A model generated the notes under the pieces. The model did not search any database. It was given only the letters and a program-made list of their open reading frames with translations, and had not been told where the DNA came from. Of a stretch of DNA of 42,883 nucleotides, positions 24,523 to 36,342 are shown piece after piece. Each line of letters begins with the position of its first letter. Within the stretch, counting starts at the first letter, position 1. Source of the stretch: Octopus bimaculoides (Eukaryota); the NCBI RefSeq assembly GCF_001194135.2, contig NC_068983.1:49252683-49295565 (forward strand), in the 5' to 3' direction. A program made the translations under genes and the position numbers.

Positions 24523-24962
24523 GTATATATACATAATCTTGACTGGATTTAATTTTCCCTTGATAGCTTCTTCAAACAGTCTTGTTAGAATCAAAACGAA
24601 TTACATAATGCATTATTGGCTACTTTTATTGAGTTTCCCTTTGTGTATATGTATTCTCAATGGCATTGCAGCTAGTTTGAGAGTTCAGAGCAGACGCAAA
24701 ATTACCCTATCTCTTCCACAAATGTAACAGCAAACACACGTATGTAAAGTGGCCAAATTGTGCGATTTGCGCTCTCATATTTCACCTCACTCTTCTGTTA
24801 TTCTAGAAAATTACCTTGCAGAACTATTTATACCCCCAAATTATACACACACACACACACAGACACACACACGTGTTTGCATGTATATATATATTTGTCT
24901 TTTTGTTATTTAATCATCATGTGATGAATGTATGTGTGTGCGTGTGTACTGTGCGTGTGTAC

Positions 24963-24995
<33 letters not shown>

Positions 24996-26039
24996 GTAAT
25001 AGCTTTAGAAAGAAAAGATCAATTATTTGGATAATGTACGGTTATGATTTCTTATGCTATTAAGGGGTTCTTTTGTGATGGACGTTTTTACTATTTACAC
25101 CTACACTGCGTTTCGATCCGTTTCATCTGCTGTCTTCATTAGGATATATACGTATTATCGCACCGGATACGAATGAAATTAGACGAGGTTAATAGCCTGA
25201 AAACGTATATTATTAACAAATGAACTCAGATATTACGATACTTAATTAGATAATGTTTTCCTCAATACTTTATGTTTGGAAATAAAATACGTTATGGTCA
25301 CATTTAGAATATTTTTATCATTCTCTGCTCGGACTAGGTTCTTGGGGGTTAAACACCAGAAAATAAAAACAAGCAAAATAATTGCCTGCTTTTTAAATGA
25401 ACTAATTAATGTTTACAGGCAATTACAAACAACATTACGAAAACTGCTTTCCAAAGTCTTAAGCAGCTTAATGAGGATGATAAAATATTTCAACCATTAA
25501 TCAATTATTGACCCTAGCAAACCTCGACTAAGAATTGCAGAAGAATGTTACTCACATATCTAGCATGATTCTATGATACACACGCAGATATTTTATAAAA
25601 CGTCTCATGAAATATGACCAGATTGCTAAATTGGCTAAAACCATAGTTAGACTCTCTCTTCTCTATGTCTATTTTACAATAACTATAGCAGTATTTTTTG
25701 CCCTTCTAAACTAGTTTCGTACCCAATCCGCCTATGTCTGCATTATTTATATGCTCGTCATATGCACGTTAGATCTTATGTCTCACTTCACTTTTTAAAA
25801 TATTTTTTCCACAATTATGGTGACTTTCTTGACAATTACAAAATATTATGATGACTTTCTTAACAGTTACTATATATCTGTCAGAATTTCCGTTGTAGAA
25901 AATAGAAGTAATTTCAATTTGCCTTCCTTGTAGGGCTTTTATTGTTTCTTTTAGAAAACTCAGATTAATGAAGTACAGACAGGTTTGAGCGCATGAGAGT
26001 GAAAATAGTAAAAATAAAATTATTTAGATCTAATATTTG

Positions 26040-26170
26040 ACTGGTATTTTATTCCTCGGTATCTAAATGGTAAAAGACCAAATTGATCTCGGTGGTATTT
26101 GAACACAGAATGTCGGAACAAACAGCGTGAGACATTCTAATCAATGCTGTTTTGACTGCCAAAACACAAT
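26040..26170 (-). mobile_element. Decayed SINE family B fragment
   Basis: actggtattttatt...aaaagaccaaattgatctcggtggtatttgaacacagaatgt aligns to the family B core. Confidence 0.5.
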
Positions 26171-27229
26171 CTTCTTGCTTCATCCATCCTTGATTAAAAA
26201 TGTTACTAAATCTTCGTACACCAGACGTCACGGTTTTCATTGCAGATTACAGTAGTTATCTCAGTAGTTAAGCTACAGGTTCGGAGATTATGCGAATAAG
26301 GGGTCCACCGTATGTCATATATCATTTGTGAATATAAGGATTTAATTTTCGTAATGAGATAAAAAAAAAAGGCTGTGTATAATATAGAACATTTATAAAT
26401 AGAAGGGCTTACAGCTATATATTCTATATTATACACACCTTGGATTTTTATTTCATTACGAAAAGTGAATCCTTATATATATATATATATNNNNNNNNNN
26501 NNNNNNNNNNNNNNNNNNNNNNNNNNNNNNNNNNNNNNNNNNNNNNNNNNNNNNNNNNNNNNNNNNNNNNNNNNNNNNNNNNNNNNNNNNNNNNNNNNNN
26601 NNNNNNNNNNNNNNNNNNNNNNNNNNNNNNNNNNNNNNNNNNNNNNNNNNNNNNNNNNNNNNNNNNNNNNNNNNNNNNNNNNNNNNNNNNNNNNNNNNNN
26701 NNNNNNNNNNNNNNNNNNNNNNNNNNNNNNNNNNNNNNNNNNNNNNNNNNNNNNNNNNNNNNNNNNNNNNNNNNNNNNNNNNNNNNNNNNNNNNNNNNNN
26801 NNNNNNNNNNNNNNNNNNNNNNNNNNNNNNNNNNNNNNNNNNNNNNNNNNNNNNNNNNNNNNNNNNNNNNNNNNNNNNNNNNNNNNNNNNNNNNNNNNNN
26901 NNNNNNNNNNNNNNNNNNNNNNNNNNNNNNNNNNNNNNNNNNNNNNNNNNNNNNNNNNNNNNNNNNNNNNNNNNNNNNNNNNNNNNNNNNNNNNNNNNNN
27001 NNNNNNNNNNNNNNNNNNNNNNNNNNNNNNNNNNNNNNNNNNNNNNNNNNNNNNNNNNNNNNNNNNNNAGTAACCAGTTAACTAAGTGACTAATCATATA
27101 ACCAAAAGTACCATCTACTAGAACCGAAGTTAATCACATTTCATCTGACTTGAATTTTATCAAATAAGGTGGGTTTAAATTAATTTCAATATAATTAGAT
27201 TTCGAAGGAAATCTGGATAACACTGCACC

Positions 27230-27610
27230 GACGACGACGAAGACGACGACGACGATGATGATGATGATGATGATGATGATTCTGGGTATGATGACTGGAC
27301 TATGATAATGAAGAAGTATTAAGAAGATGAAGGTATGTAAGTGATGTCCATGAGAAGGAGGGAAAGGATGTTGCTAATTTAGTGATGATAAGGTAAATCA
27401 GATGCTGCTGCTGATGATAATGTCTATGCTTATGAAGATGTTTATGATTTTCATGTCGTCGATATCCTGACGTGGATAGAAAGCTGATAACAATGATTAT
27501 GATCCTGGAAATCACAATGATGAAGATGTGGAGACGATTGTTTAGAAAAAACAAAGTGTGAAGAGGAGAAGGGTTATGATATTGTGTTGGTGTTGGTGTT
27601 GTACTCAAAC
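27230..27610. repeat. Degenerate (GAT/GAC)n low-complexity tract
   Basis: Direct reading. Confidence 0.8.
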
Positions 27611-27949
27611 ATATTCATGTGACACGATGTGAGATAAATACAAGTTCATTCTAATGCGTGTGAGTAAATAACACACATATTTATACGTATGTATCTAACC
27701 TAGCTGAAGTCAGAAAAAATTATGTCTGCTCCTGCTGTAAACCGTATAACTGCGATAACATTTATCCTTAGGCGACTTCATATCTTTGACCGCCGAGATT
27801 AGTAGACTTTGATTAAATACCTACGATAACATACAAGTGGCGAGTTGAGGGCGATTTCAGTCCACGCAATAACCAATATGTAATATACCATTGTAAGTGT
27901 GTGCATATATGCACGCAAATATATTTACGTGTGTGTGTGTGGGGGGGGG

Positions 27950-28245
27950 AGGACTGTGTAGGAAGAAGGAGGCTTCCCGACTACAGGGTTCCTGTTTCAG
28001 TCCCACTGCATGGCACCATGGGCAAGAGTCTTCTACCGTAGCGTCAGGCCGACCAAAGTCTTGCATATATTTTTGCACGTGTGTGTATATGTGTCTGCAG
28101 TTGTTCCTCCATCACCGCTTAACAACCGGTGTTGGTGTGTTTACGATCCCGTAACGTAGCGGATCGGCGAAAGGAATTCGACAGAATAAGTGATCGGCTT
28201 AAAAGATAAGTCTTGTGGTCGATCTGTTCGACTAAAATCCTTAAA
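27950..28245 (+). mobile_element. SINE family A, decayed
   Basis: tcagtcccactgcatggcaccatgggcaagagtcttct...gccgaccaaag...gtgttggtgtgtttacg...gtcgatctgttcgactaaa. Confidence 0.75.
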
Positions 28246-28897
28246 CTAAAATATATACATACATACATACACATATACATACATATATATNNNNNNNNNN
28301 NNNNNNNNNNNNNNNNNNNNNNNNNNNNNNNNNNNNNNNNNNNNNNNNNNNNNNNNNNNNNNNNNNNNNNNNNNNNNNNNNNNNNNNNNNNNNNNNNNNN
28401 NNNNNNNNNNNNNNNNNNNNNNNNNNNNNNNNNNNNNNNNNNNNNNNNNNNNNNNNNNNNNNNNNNNNNNNNNNNNNNNNNNNNNNNNNNNNNNNNNNNN
28501 NNNNNNNNNNNNNNNNNNNNNNNNNNNNNNNNNNNNNNNNNNNNNNNNNNNNNNNNNNNNNNNNNNNNNNNNNNNNNNNNNNNNNNNNNNNNNNNNNNNN
28601 NNNNNNNNNNNNNNNNNNNNNNNNNNNNNNNNNNNNNNNNNNNNNNNNNNNNNNNNNNNNNNNNNNNNNNNNNNNNNNNNNNNNNNNNNNNNNNNNNNNN
28701 NNNNNNNNNNNNNNNNNNNNNNNNNNNNNNNNNNNNNNNNNNNNNNNNNNNNNNNNNNNNNNNNNNNNNNNNNNNNNNNNNNNNNNNNNNNNNNNNNNNN
28801 NNNNNNNNNNNNNNNNNNNNNNNNNNNNNNNNNNNNNNNNNNNNNNNNNNNNNNNNNNNNNNNNNNNNNNNNNNNNNNATATATATATATATATATA

Positions 28898-29040
28898 CGA
28901 TGGGCTTCTTTCAGTTTCCGTCTATAAAATCCACTCACAAGGCTTTGGTCGGGCGAGGCTATAGTTGAAGACACTTGCCCAAGGTGCCACGCAGTTGGAG
29001 TGAACCCGAAGCCATGGGGTTGGTAAGCAAGCTACTTAAT
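28898..29040 (-). mobile_element. SINE family A 5' half
   Basis: cgatgggcttctttcagtttccgtct...gacacttgcccaaggtgccacgcag...gtaagcaagctactt. Confidence 0.85.
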
Positions 29041-29200
29041 AAAACTAAAATTATAATATACAGCAGTGTGCAATGTATACCAAAAACGGAAAACGATAAT
29101 TGTAATTGCATGAGACTAGTCACATTTTAGCTCCTAGTTCTCGCAATGTAGGCGCTTCTAACATCCTAGAATATGTTTATACATGTATAAACATATTTAT

Positions 29201-29432
29201 TTCTTTATTACCCACAGAGCGCTAAACATAGAGCGGACAAACAAGGACAGTCAAAAGGAACATGTCGATTACATCGACCCCAATGCGTAACTGGTACTTA
29301 TTTAAACGACTCTGAAAAGATGAAAGGCAAAGTCGACCTCGGCGGAATTTGAACTCAGAACATAACGGTAGACGAAATTCCGCTAAGCATTTCACACGAT
29401 GTGCGCTAACGATTCTGCTAGCTCGCCGCCAT
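29201..29432 (-). mobile_element. Full-length SINE family B
   Basis: Tail ttctttattacccac...ggacaaacaaggacag, core, head ctgctagctcgccgcc; possible atatttat TSD. Confidence 0.88.
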
Positions 29433-29759
29433 CTATATTTATATACATATTATTAATTTTAAAAATATCAATATAAGTGGCTAGCAAGCATAAAATGACC
29501 AAAAATGTAAAATTATGAATTTATAATCAGTGTACAAGATAATACACAGTATTGTTAGAAATAAGTGTTCAAACGGCTCAAGAGCCACTGTAAATCACCT
29601 ATACACAATGGGGAATTAGAGAAAATGAGTATATAAAAAGCTAACTCACCGATCTTCACTCGCTATCGGTATTACAATATTTGACGTCTTAAACTAAGTT
29701 ATATAACTAGAATAAAATACAAGTAATCTGTCAAAAGTGAGGACTCTACGAGGAACCAA

Positions 29760-30280
29760 GTTCACGTTGAATGAGACAAAACTGCCCATGGGAACGATTC
29801 TAGAGTATGTAGAGCATAGGAATAAGAGTGGGGGTCCCCTTTATGGACATGGTTGATTATTTCGATTCCTGGATCTTCGTCATATTTGTTGTGCAATACT
29901 GACAGCATAATCTTCGGAGACACATGATGGGTTGGACATACTTCAGACATAATACTGTTTATGATTTCACAGGGGCACATAGCAACCCGAAAGCTGTGCT
30001 TCACAACTATTATGTAACAAGCAGTATAAGTCATTAATTAGCTTTCTAAAGAGAAAAGCCGAAAAGATTAAGACAACAGCAGACCATGCAGGCTGCTGTA
30101 CCTAGGGAATTTCTTTAAAACCGTCTAAATAGATTGTCTCAGGAACTTCTTCAAAACCGCTCGAATGGATCGTCCAGAAGCCTGTAGATCTCCTTTCAAC
30201 GGCCATAACGATTTAGTGAAAGTGAGGGAGAAATGAAATGTGTGGCCAATAACAACAACAACAACAACTACTACAACAAA
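29760..30280 (+). mobile_element. Decayed 3' end of an RTE-like LINE with an (AAC)n tail
   Basis: Frameshifted pieces EHRN..LYG, WVGHT(L)RH and QELLQ(T)AR.DRPE resemble RTE ORF C-terminal motifs; ends in aacaacaacaacaac. Confidence 0.5.
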
Positions 30281-30299
30281 GGATCCTAGATCATAATGA

Positions 30300-30780
30300 T
30301 ACCGAATATCTACACCCGATAATACAACCCCATCTTCTTGCGAATCTTGATGACCTGGTGAAGACTAAGAGGAATATGCCTCAATCTACAGGAGATAATC
30401 CTAAAACAATTCGGATTAAAAATATTATCCTACAAAATTAGTCAACTCTATAAACAGATGATGTAGATGTGCAAAGAGTAGCTCAATTGCTATGAAGAAA
30501 AGCCCGCCATTTGTAAGGAAATCTCACCAACTCCCTTGAAAGAAAGAGGTTCACAGTGCCTCAAGCAGCTAAACAAATGTATCAGAAAATTATAGGGATA
30601 GCATGTGAACTTCTTGCTGACCTATCGATTGGTTAATACAAAACTATCAATATTTAGATAGGCTCTTGATAAATAACACCAAATATATTAACACTTTCCT
30701 ACAATGCATCCGAACGCAGAACGTGGACGTTTACCTGGCGCAAGAAATACTCATAGCTGTTCCTGAAATTACTATCCTTA
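30300..30780 (+). mobile_element. Decayed RTE-like LINE fragment from the start of the RT domain
   Basis: Frameshifted PLKE-EVHSA-KQLNK....GIACELL resembles the P.L..EV..AI..LK..KAPG.DGI..ELL motif. Confidence 0.5.
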
Positions 30781-30799
30781 AAATTAAACTAGAGGATCA

Positions 30800-31130
30800 T
30801 GGAGATGACTGAATCAAAATCAAAATATGCTGTGGCCAATGCTGGTGGAAGTAAACATTACTCTATGTTCACTGTATTTGATGTGCGTTGCCTTTGATAT
30901 ATGCAGCTCAGATAATTCAAAGGAGACAAATACGTTGATCGTTTGATACATGTTGCTTTGAAATGCGAAATAAGCAAACGTATTTGGAGGATCAATGAAG
31001 CGGTCACTTTAACTAACTGAGGCAGAGAATTCAGAATAACAAACTACTCAGTATCTTAATGATGTAGGAGAGAGTGCGAGTGGTCAAGAGAAAAGCTGAG
31101 CATTGCAGTCAGAGAAGCCAAGGATTCAGA
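30800..31130 (-). mobile_element. Possible decayed CR1-like RT fragment
   Basis: Minus-strand ttctctgactgcaatgctcagcttttct resembles a decayed (Y/F)ADD-T-LSFS motif; weak. Confidence 0.3.
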
Positions 31131-31591
31131 GAGGAAATATTTTGTGCATACCCTAAACTAAATAATTGCATTATCATACATTTTATGATTGCGCAATAAT
31201 ATTAATTGTATTGTATCATGAAAGAACGAAAAAGAAAAGTGACGTTTTAGAGCTAATTGCAGCTTTTATTGTTTCTAACTTTTGAAGCAAAATCATTGAA
31301 ATTTTGTTGATATTACATTTCCATCTATTATGATTTAGTCATACAACAATATCGGTCTTATCCTTCAAATTCTAAAAGTTAATCTATAATTTGTTACCGG
31401 GTACATATATACAATGTAGTATTGATGCTTTCACAAGACAATGAATTGCTACCCTCGGAACAAGTACTGTATATCTAAGGAGATATATGACGAAAAATCT
31501 TTTATAGTTTTCGTGATTTCACACCGACGTTAAGAATGTAGGTGTAATGCAGTAATTTTAAAATGTAACAGAATTTTATTAAATAACTACA

Positions 31592-31850
31592 TGTTGTAGT
31601 GCGTAAAAAGCTTTGCAATAATTTGATAATTTGTTTGCTTTATTCGTCAGGTTTCAACAAAGGCATCCTAGACAGTGATGCACTGTCTGAAATCACCTTT
31701 CTGCCAGTTCTCTGATCCCACGATAATACCAGTTCCTGTCCTTCGAGGTGCAGAACTCCTTCACTGAAGCTTCCAACTCCTTTTAGTTGATGAAACGTCG
31801 GAGAACAGGCAGGCATCGATGGTTCGGCCATTCGGAACAAACTTGTAGCT
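31592..31850 (-). mobile_element. Mariner transposon 3' end (transposase C-terminus plus TIR), decayed
   Basis: Minus strand reads FIN*KELEASVKEFCTSKDRNWYYRGIRELAER*FQTVHH, followed by a terminus homologous to 32540-32591. Confidence 0.75.
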
Positions 31851-31874
31851 AATTATATTCCCATAATTCTAATT

Positions 31875-32025
31875 TCTTTATTACCCACAAGGGGGTAAAC
31901 ATGGAGGGGACAAACAAGGACAGACAAAGGGATTAAGTCGATTACATCGACCCCAGTGCGTAACTGGGGTCGATGTAATCGACTTAATCCTTTTGTCTGT
32001 CCTTGTTTGTCCCCTCTATGTTTAC
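31875..32025. repeat. Fold-back duplication of the SINE family B tail (63-bp arms, 5-nt loop)
   Basis: 31895-31957 is the reverse complement of 31963-32025 at 61 of 63 positions; loop gcgta. Confidence 0.95.
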
Positions 32026-32591
32026 TGGTTGAAACTTTTATATTTGGTGACAGCTTCCGGAGGATGTCCCTAGCTTAACCACTGCTTATGTGGAAAAATA
32101 TCTTTTTCGGATTATTACTTGTTCTGATCCATGGCTCATATCCTTCACTCATGATGCTTCATCAACCAAGAGAAAGGAGGAAGCTTCAGCGAATGAGTTC
32201 TTCGCCTCGAAGGACAGGAATTGGTAACAGAGAGGAGAGGAATCAAGCAACTAATGGTTCTTATTTCTTTACTGCCCACAAGGGGCTAAAAATAGAGGGG
32301 ACAAACAAGGACAGACAAACGGATTAAGTCAATTAGATCGACCCCAAAAGGATGAAAGGCAAGGTCGACCTCGGCGGAATTTGAACTCAGAATGTAGCAG
32401 CAGACNNNNNNNNNNTTCGCCTCGAAGGACAGGAATTGGTAACAGAGAGGAGAGGAATCAAGCAACTGGGTAAAAGGTAGCTTCAAAATCAGCAACACGA
32501 TGGCCTCTACTTTGAACGCTAAGCTGCTTTTGTTGACGACTAAAGCAAACAAATTACCAGAGTATTGTGAAACTTTTGACTTAACTCAATA
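32026..32591 (+). mobile_element. Mariner transposon 3' part (DD34D transposase C-terminus plus TIR), decayed and interrupted by a SINE
   Basis: SDYYLF*SMAHILHS*CFINQ...EASANEFFASKDRNW*QRG...QHDGLYFER* (APSDYYLF motif region); ends aaacttttgacttaactcaa|ta. Confidence 0.82.
32253..32405 (-). mobile_element. SINE family B (3' part, with an internal deletion) inserted in the mariner remnant
   Basis: ttatttctttactgcccacaagggg...ggacaaacaaggacagacaaacggattaagtc...ggtcgacctcggcggaatttgaactcagaa. Confidence 0.85.
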
Positions 32592-33847
32592 CAATGTCCA
32601 GTTTAATTAAATTATTGGCGTCTACAATAACAATTGGTTCTCTACTATCATTCATTTATTTAGATCCTCAAATCCCAATGAATATAAACGTTTAACACAT
32701 TTCAAAATCAATTACACGAGGGACATATTTCGACATTTCACGACTTGTTTCAGCTTTAGAGTGTTATAAATATTGTAGCGGCTTAACTGCCACGCGATCT
32801 CGTTGCACCCCACTTTGCTTGCCGGGTTAAATGTTATTTGTGCATTGAAATTTATTTCAATAACTTCACCGCTTCTGGCAAATGCTGAATCATTTATCAC
32901 ATTTGAAACATAATCTGACAAAATTCTTTGGAAGCCATACAAAGTCTCAAAGATTGTATTTAGTTAAAATGAATGCAGTTTGAGTTGGTGTATGTTAACC
33001 AATTAATAATCGATTCAGAATTAATTGTTGTTGGCGAACTAATATAAATGGATAAAGCATGCTGGGTAAATAAGTACCAGAGTTTCATCACTTGAAGTTA
33101 ACAAAACTCAATTTTGACAAAAGATTTGTATGAGTTGGATCACACATTAGGAGTCATAGAAATGAGACAAATTAGGAAATATAGAGAAAAGATTGTGTTG
33201 TATATATGAAATACACACACATACATACGTCTCTATGTATGCTAATATTTACATGGATATGTGTATGTATGTAAGTATGACTCCATTTCTGTGTTTGCGT
33301 GTGGCGTTTCCAAGACTTTCTCAAAAGCGAAGCAGAATGAACAACTGGTTCGTAAGGTACGTCAGCCATTACGACTGCCAGTTATTGATTCCTGTCAATG
33401 AGTAACACCTTACTCGTGAAGCAAACCATGGTGAAACGAGATCGCGTCAAAGTCCAATCACTGCAATATTTATAACATGTTAAGTATATTACAACTGTAA
33501 AATTCTTTAACAAAGCTATTTATACACACTTCCCTCGAAATTGCTGGCTTTGTGCCAAAATTTGAAGCCCGTATGTCGCTTTCTGATCATACAATCTCTA
33601 TAACGAATTATTTAATTAAATTCATATGAAAGTGTAAATGTACTATTAATTAATAATCCAGTGAGCGAGGTAGCTATCCGCATTTAAACTCACTTATCTA
33701 AAGGTTGGAAAACAGAGGATTTTACATACTCAAGTTAGACAGAGAGAAATATCATATAACTTGAGAGACTCTGCTTAGAATACAAATAATCTATCTACTT
33801 CGATGTTCTTTTAAAGAAGATACCTTGTAAGTATGATAATAACGTTA

Positions 33848-34000
33848 CAGGATGGCAAAATAATCAGGTACGATGGCGATTAGCTTTAATCAAAGTTACA
33901 TGAGAATTCGACCGAAAACACACAAGTACATTTCTGACAAATTCTCATTAAACTTTGATTAAAGCAAACCGTCATCGTGACTGATTATTTTGCCAATCTG
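33848..34000. mobile_element. Palindromic (hairpin) MITE, 153 bp
   Basis: ta|caggatggcaaaataatcaggtacgatggcg...tgagaatt pairs with aattctcatt...ccgtcatcgtgactgattattttgccaatctg; arms about 61 bp. Confidence 0.82.
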
Positions 34001-34182
34001 TCAGAAAGAACCCACAGAGATTCTAACCATTGCAAGTAGTTTTACATATATCATTGGAGACATGATTCAAATCTATCGCTATTTGTCCTTTCCTGTCACA
34101 TATTCTGTGTAATAGTGATTCAGTTATCTCACTGATTGCTTGTAGATGACGTCTGCTGTGTAATATAAATTTTCATTCTTCA

Positions 34183-34390
34183 GTATCTCTTACTTTTTAC
34201 TGGCTTCACTCATTGGACTGTGGTCAAGCTAGGGCACCGCTTCGAAGGTTTGTAACCGACCAAATCAAACCCAGCGCTTATATTTCAGTCAAAAATTTTT
34301 TGATCGCTTTCTTTTTACCGTAGCGCTAGATTAGGGGCATATAAACAAGCCATTGTTACATGTCAAACGGTGAGATGCTAAACACACACA
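34183..34390 (-). mobile_element. Decayed SINE family A 3' half
   Basis: tctcttactttttactggcttcactcattggactgtggtcaagctagggcaccgc matches the family A tail. Confidence 0.55.
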
Positions 34391-34484
34391 CACGTGGGCG
34401 CGTATATACGTGTGTGTATTCATGTATATATGTGATTTTTTTCCAAATCTCAATAGTTGTACCACTGTATTAACCCATATAATC

Positions 34485-34699
34485 CTTTCTACTGAAAGCA
34501 CGAGGCCTCAGCTTTGAGGGAAGGGATTAAGTCGATTGCATCAACCCCAGTGCGTAACTGGTACTTATTTATTCGACCCCGAAAGGATGAAAGGCAAAGT
34601 CAACCTCGGCGGAATTTGAACTCAGAACGTAACGGCAGACGAAATACTGCTAAGCATTTCGCCCGGCGTGCTAATGATTCTGCCAGCTCGCCGCCTTTC
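34485..34699 (-). mobile_element. SINE family B with alternative tail (ii)
   Basis: Intact head and core; tail reads tttctactgaaagcacgaggcctcagctttgagggaaggg instead of the gtccttgtttgtccc tail. Confidence 0.88.
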
Positions 34700-34999
34700 A
34701 TGTGAGAAATATTGAAAACGGTGAGTTGGCAGAATCGNNNNNNNNNNNNNNNNNNNNNNNNNNNNNNNNNNNNNNNNNNNNNNNNNNNNNNNNNNNNNNN
34801 NNNNNNNNNNNNNNNNNNNNNNNNNNNNNNNNNNNNNNNNNNNNNNNNNNNNNNNNNNNNNNNNNNNNNNNNNNNNNNNNNNNNNNNNNNNNNNNNNNNN
34901 NNNNNNNNNNNNNNNNNNNNNNNNNNNNNNNNNNNNNNNNNNNNNNNNNNNNNNNNNNNNNNNNNNNNNNNNNNNNNNNNNNNNNNNNNNNNNNNNNNN

Positions 35000-35034
<35 letters not shown>

Positions 35035-35124
35035 GTACCAATTTATGTATGTATGTATTTATGTATGTATGTATTTATGTATGTATGTATCTATCTATAA
35101 ATAGACAGACTTATAAAGGAAGAA

Positions 35125-35325
35125 AACAAAAAACTCAACAGAAACAGTGAGAGAAAGTTGTGGTGAAAGAGTACAACAGGGTTCGCCACCACCCCCTGCC
35201 GGAGCCTCGTGGAGCTTTAGGTATTTTCGCTTAATAAACACTCACAACGCCAGATTTGGGAATTCGAAACCGCGATTCCACGACCGCGAAACCACTGCCC
35301 TAACCACTGGGCCATTGCGCCTTCA
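35125..35325 (-). mobile_element. SINE family C 5' half
   Basis: Head gaaggcgcaatggcccagtggttagggcagtggtttcgcggtcgtggaatcgcggtttcgaattcc; body shared with 24105-24260. Confidence 0.85.
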
Positions 35326-36159
35326 CTCGACTCTCTGTATAACACAACGTACACCTTACAAAATAATAAAATACATTAAAATTACACCGAAACAACATCC
35401 TTAATAAAACAAAATCAAAGTAAAATATAAGCGCAGTTCTTCTCATTAAAATACAATACTGCAGCGTACATCTCAAAAACAGGGTGGTGTGCCTGTCGGT
35501 GGCTGTCGGTGCCAAAGACGCATGAAAATGTTAAAATTACAATGATTATATTAATAGAATGAAAATAAGACGGAATGAAACCACTTAGAATGATTTATAG
35601 AAGACTTTCTAACAATAATTATATTTGCAAAGATAACTTCAGCTAGCAAACATATGAAAATCGTCTACATTACAACATGCAGAGATGAGAAAATGAGCAA
35701 ACATGTTTCCTGATGTATTGAATATCTTTGTAAACTAAAGTACGATGAAGACGGAATTGAAAATTCAAATTAATGGAGATGGGCCAATGCTTACGGAAAA
35801 GAAGTTGCTAATCTATTAAAGTATTTAGACATCACCGGAAGAAAGAAAGTGTAGTATGATATTCATTAATGCAACAGGTGATATAAATGGAAAGTGATTT
35901 TTTGATCAATTTGATTCTGACAAAAGGGAAATATTACAATTTCTGCTGCATTATCTAGCATTACTACAACTTTCTTTACAAGTGAAAATATGTGCGTGTG
36001 TATACATTTACATACATACATACACATATATACATATACATACATGCATGCATATAGATAGATACATTCATATATATATGTATGTATATGTATATATACA
36101 TATATATATATATACATACATATATATATATACATATACATACATACATATATATACAT

Positions 36160-36190
<31 letters not shown>

Positions 36191-36307
36191 TATATATATA
36201 TATATATATATACGTGTACGTGTAAGCATGCATACATGTGTATACACATATATTTATACATACACACATATAGATAAATACATTCATATATATATATACA
36301 TATATGT

Positions 36308-36342
<35 letters not shown>

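Noticed and set aside
25096-25148. Hammerhead-like string on the minus strand (UAUAUC CUAAUGA A...GAAAC GCAGU GUA GGUGUA)
   Set aside because: Stems I and III can pair, but the essential G5 is A and stem II has only 2 bp. At best it is a dead relic and may be chance.
31640-31840. 66-aa minus ORF, and the 79-aa ORF at 32088-32327
   Set aside because: Both are off-frame readings of decayed mariner transposase.
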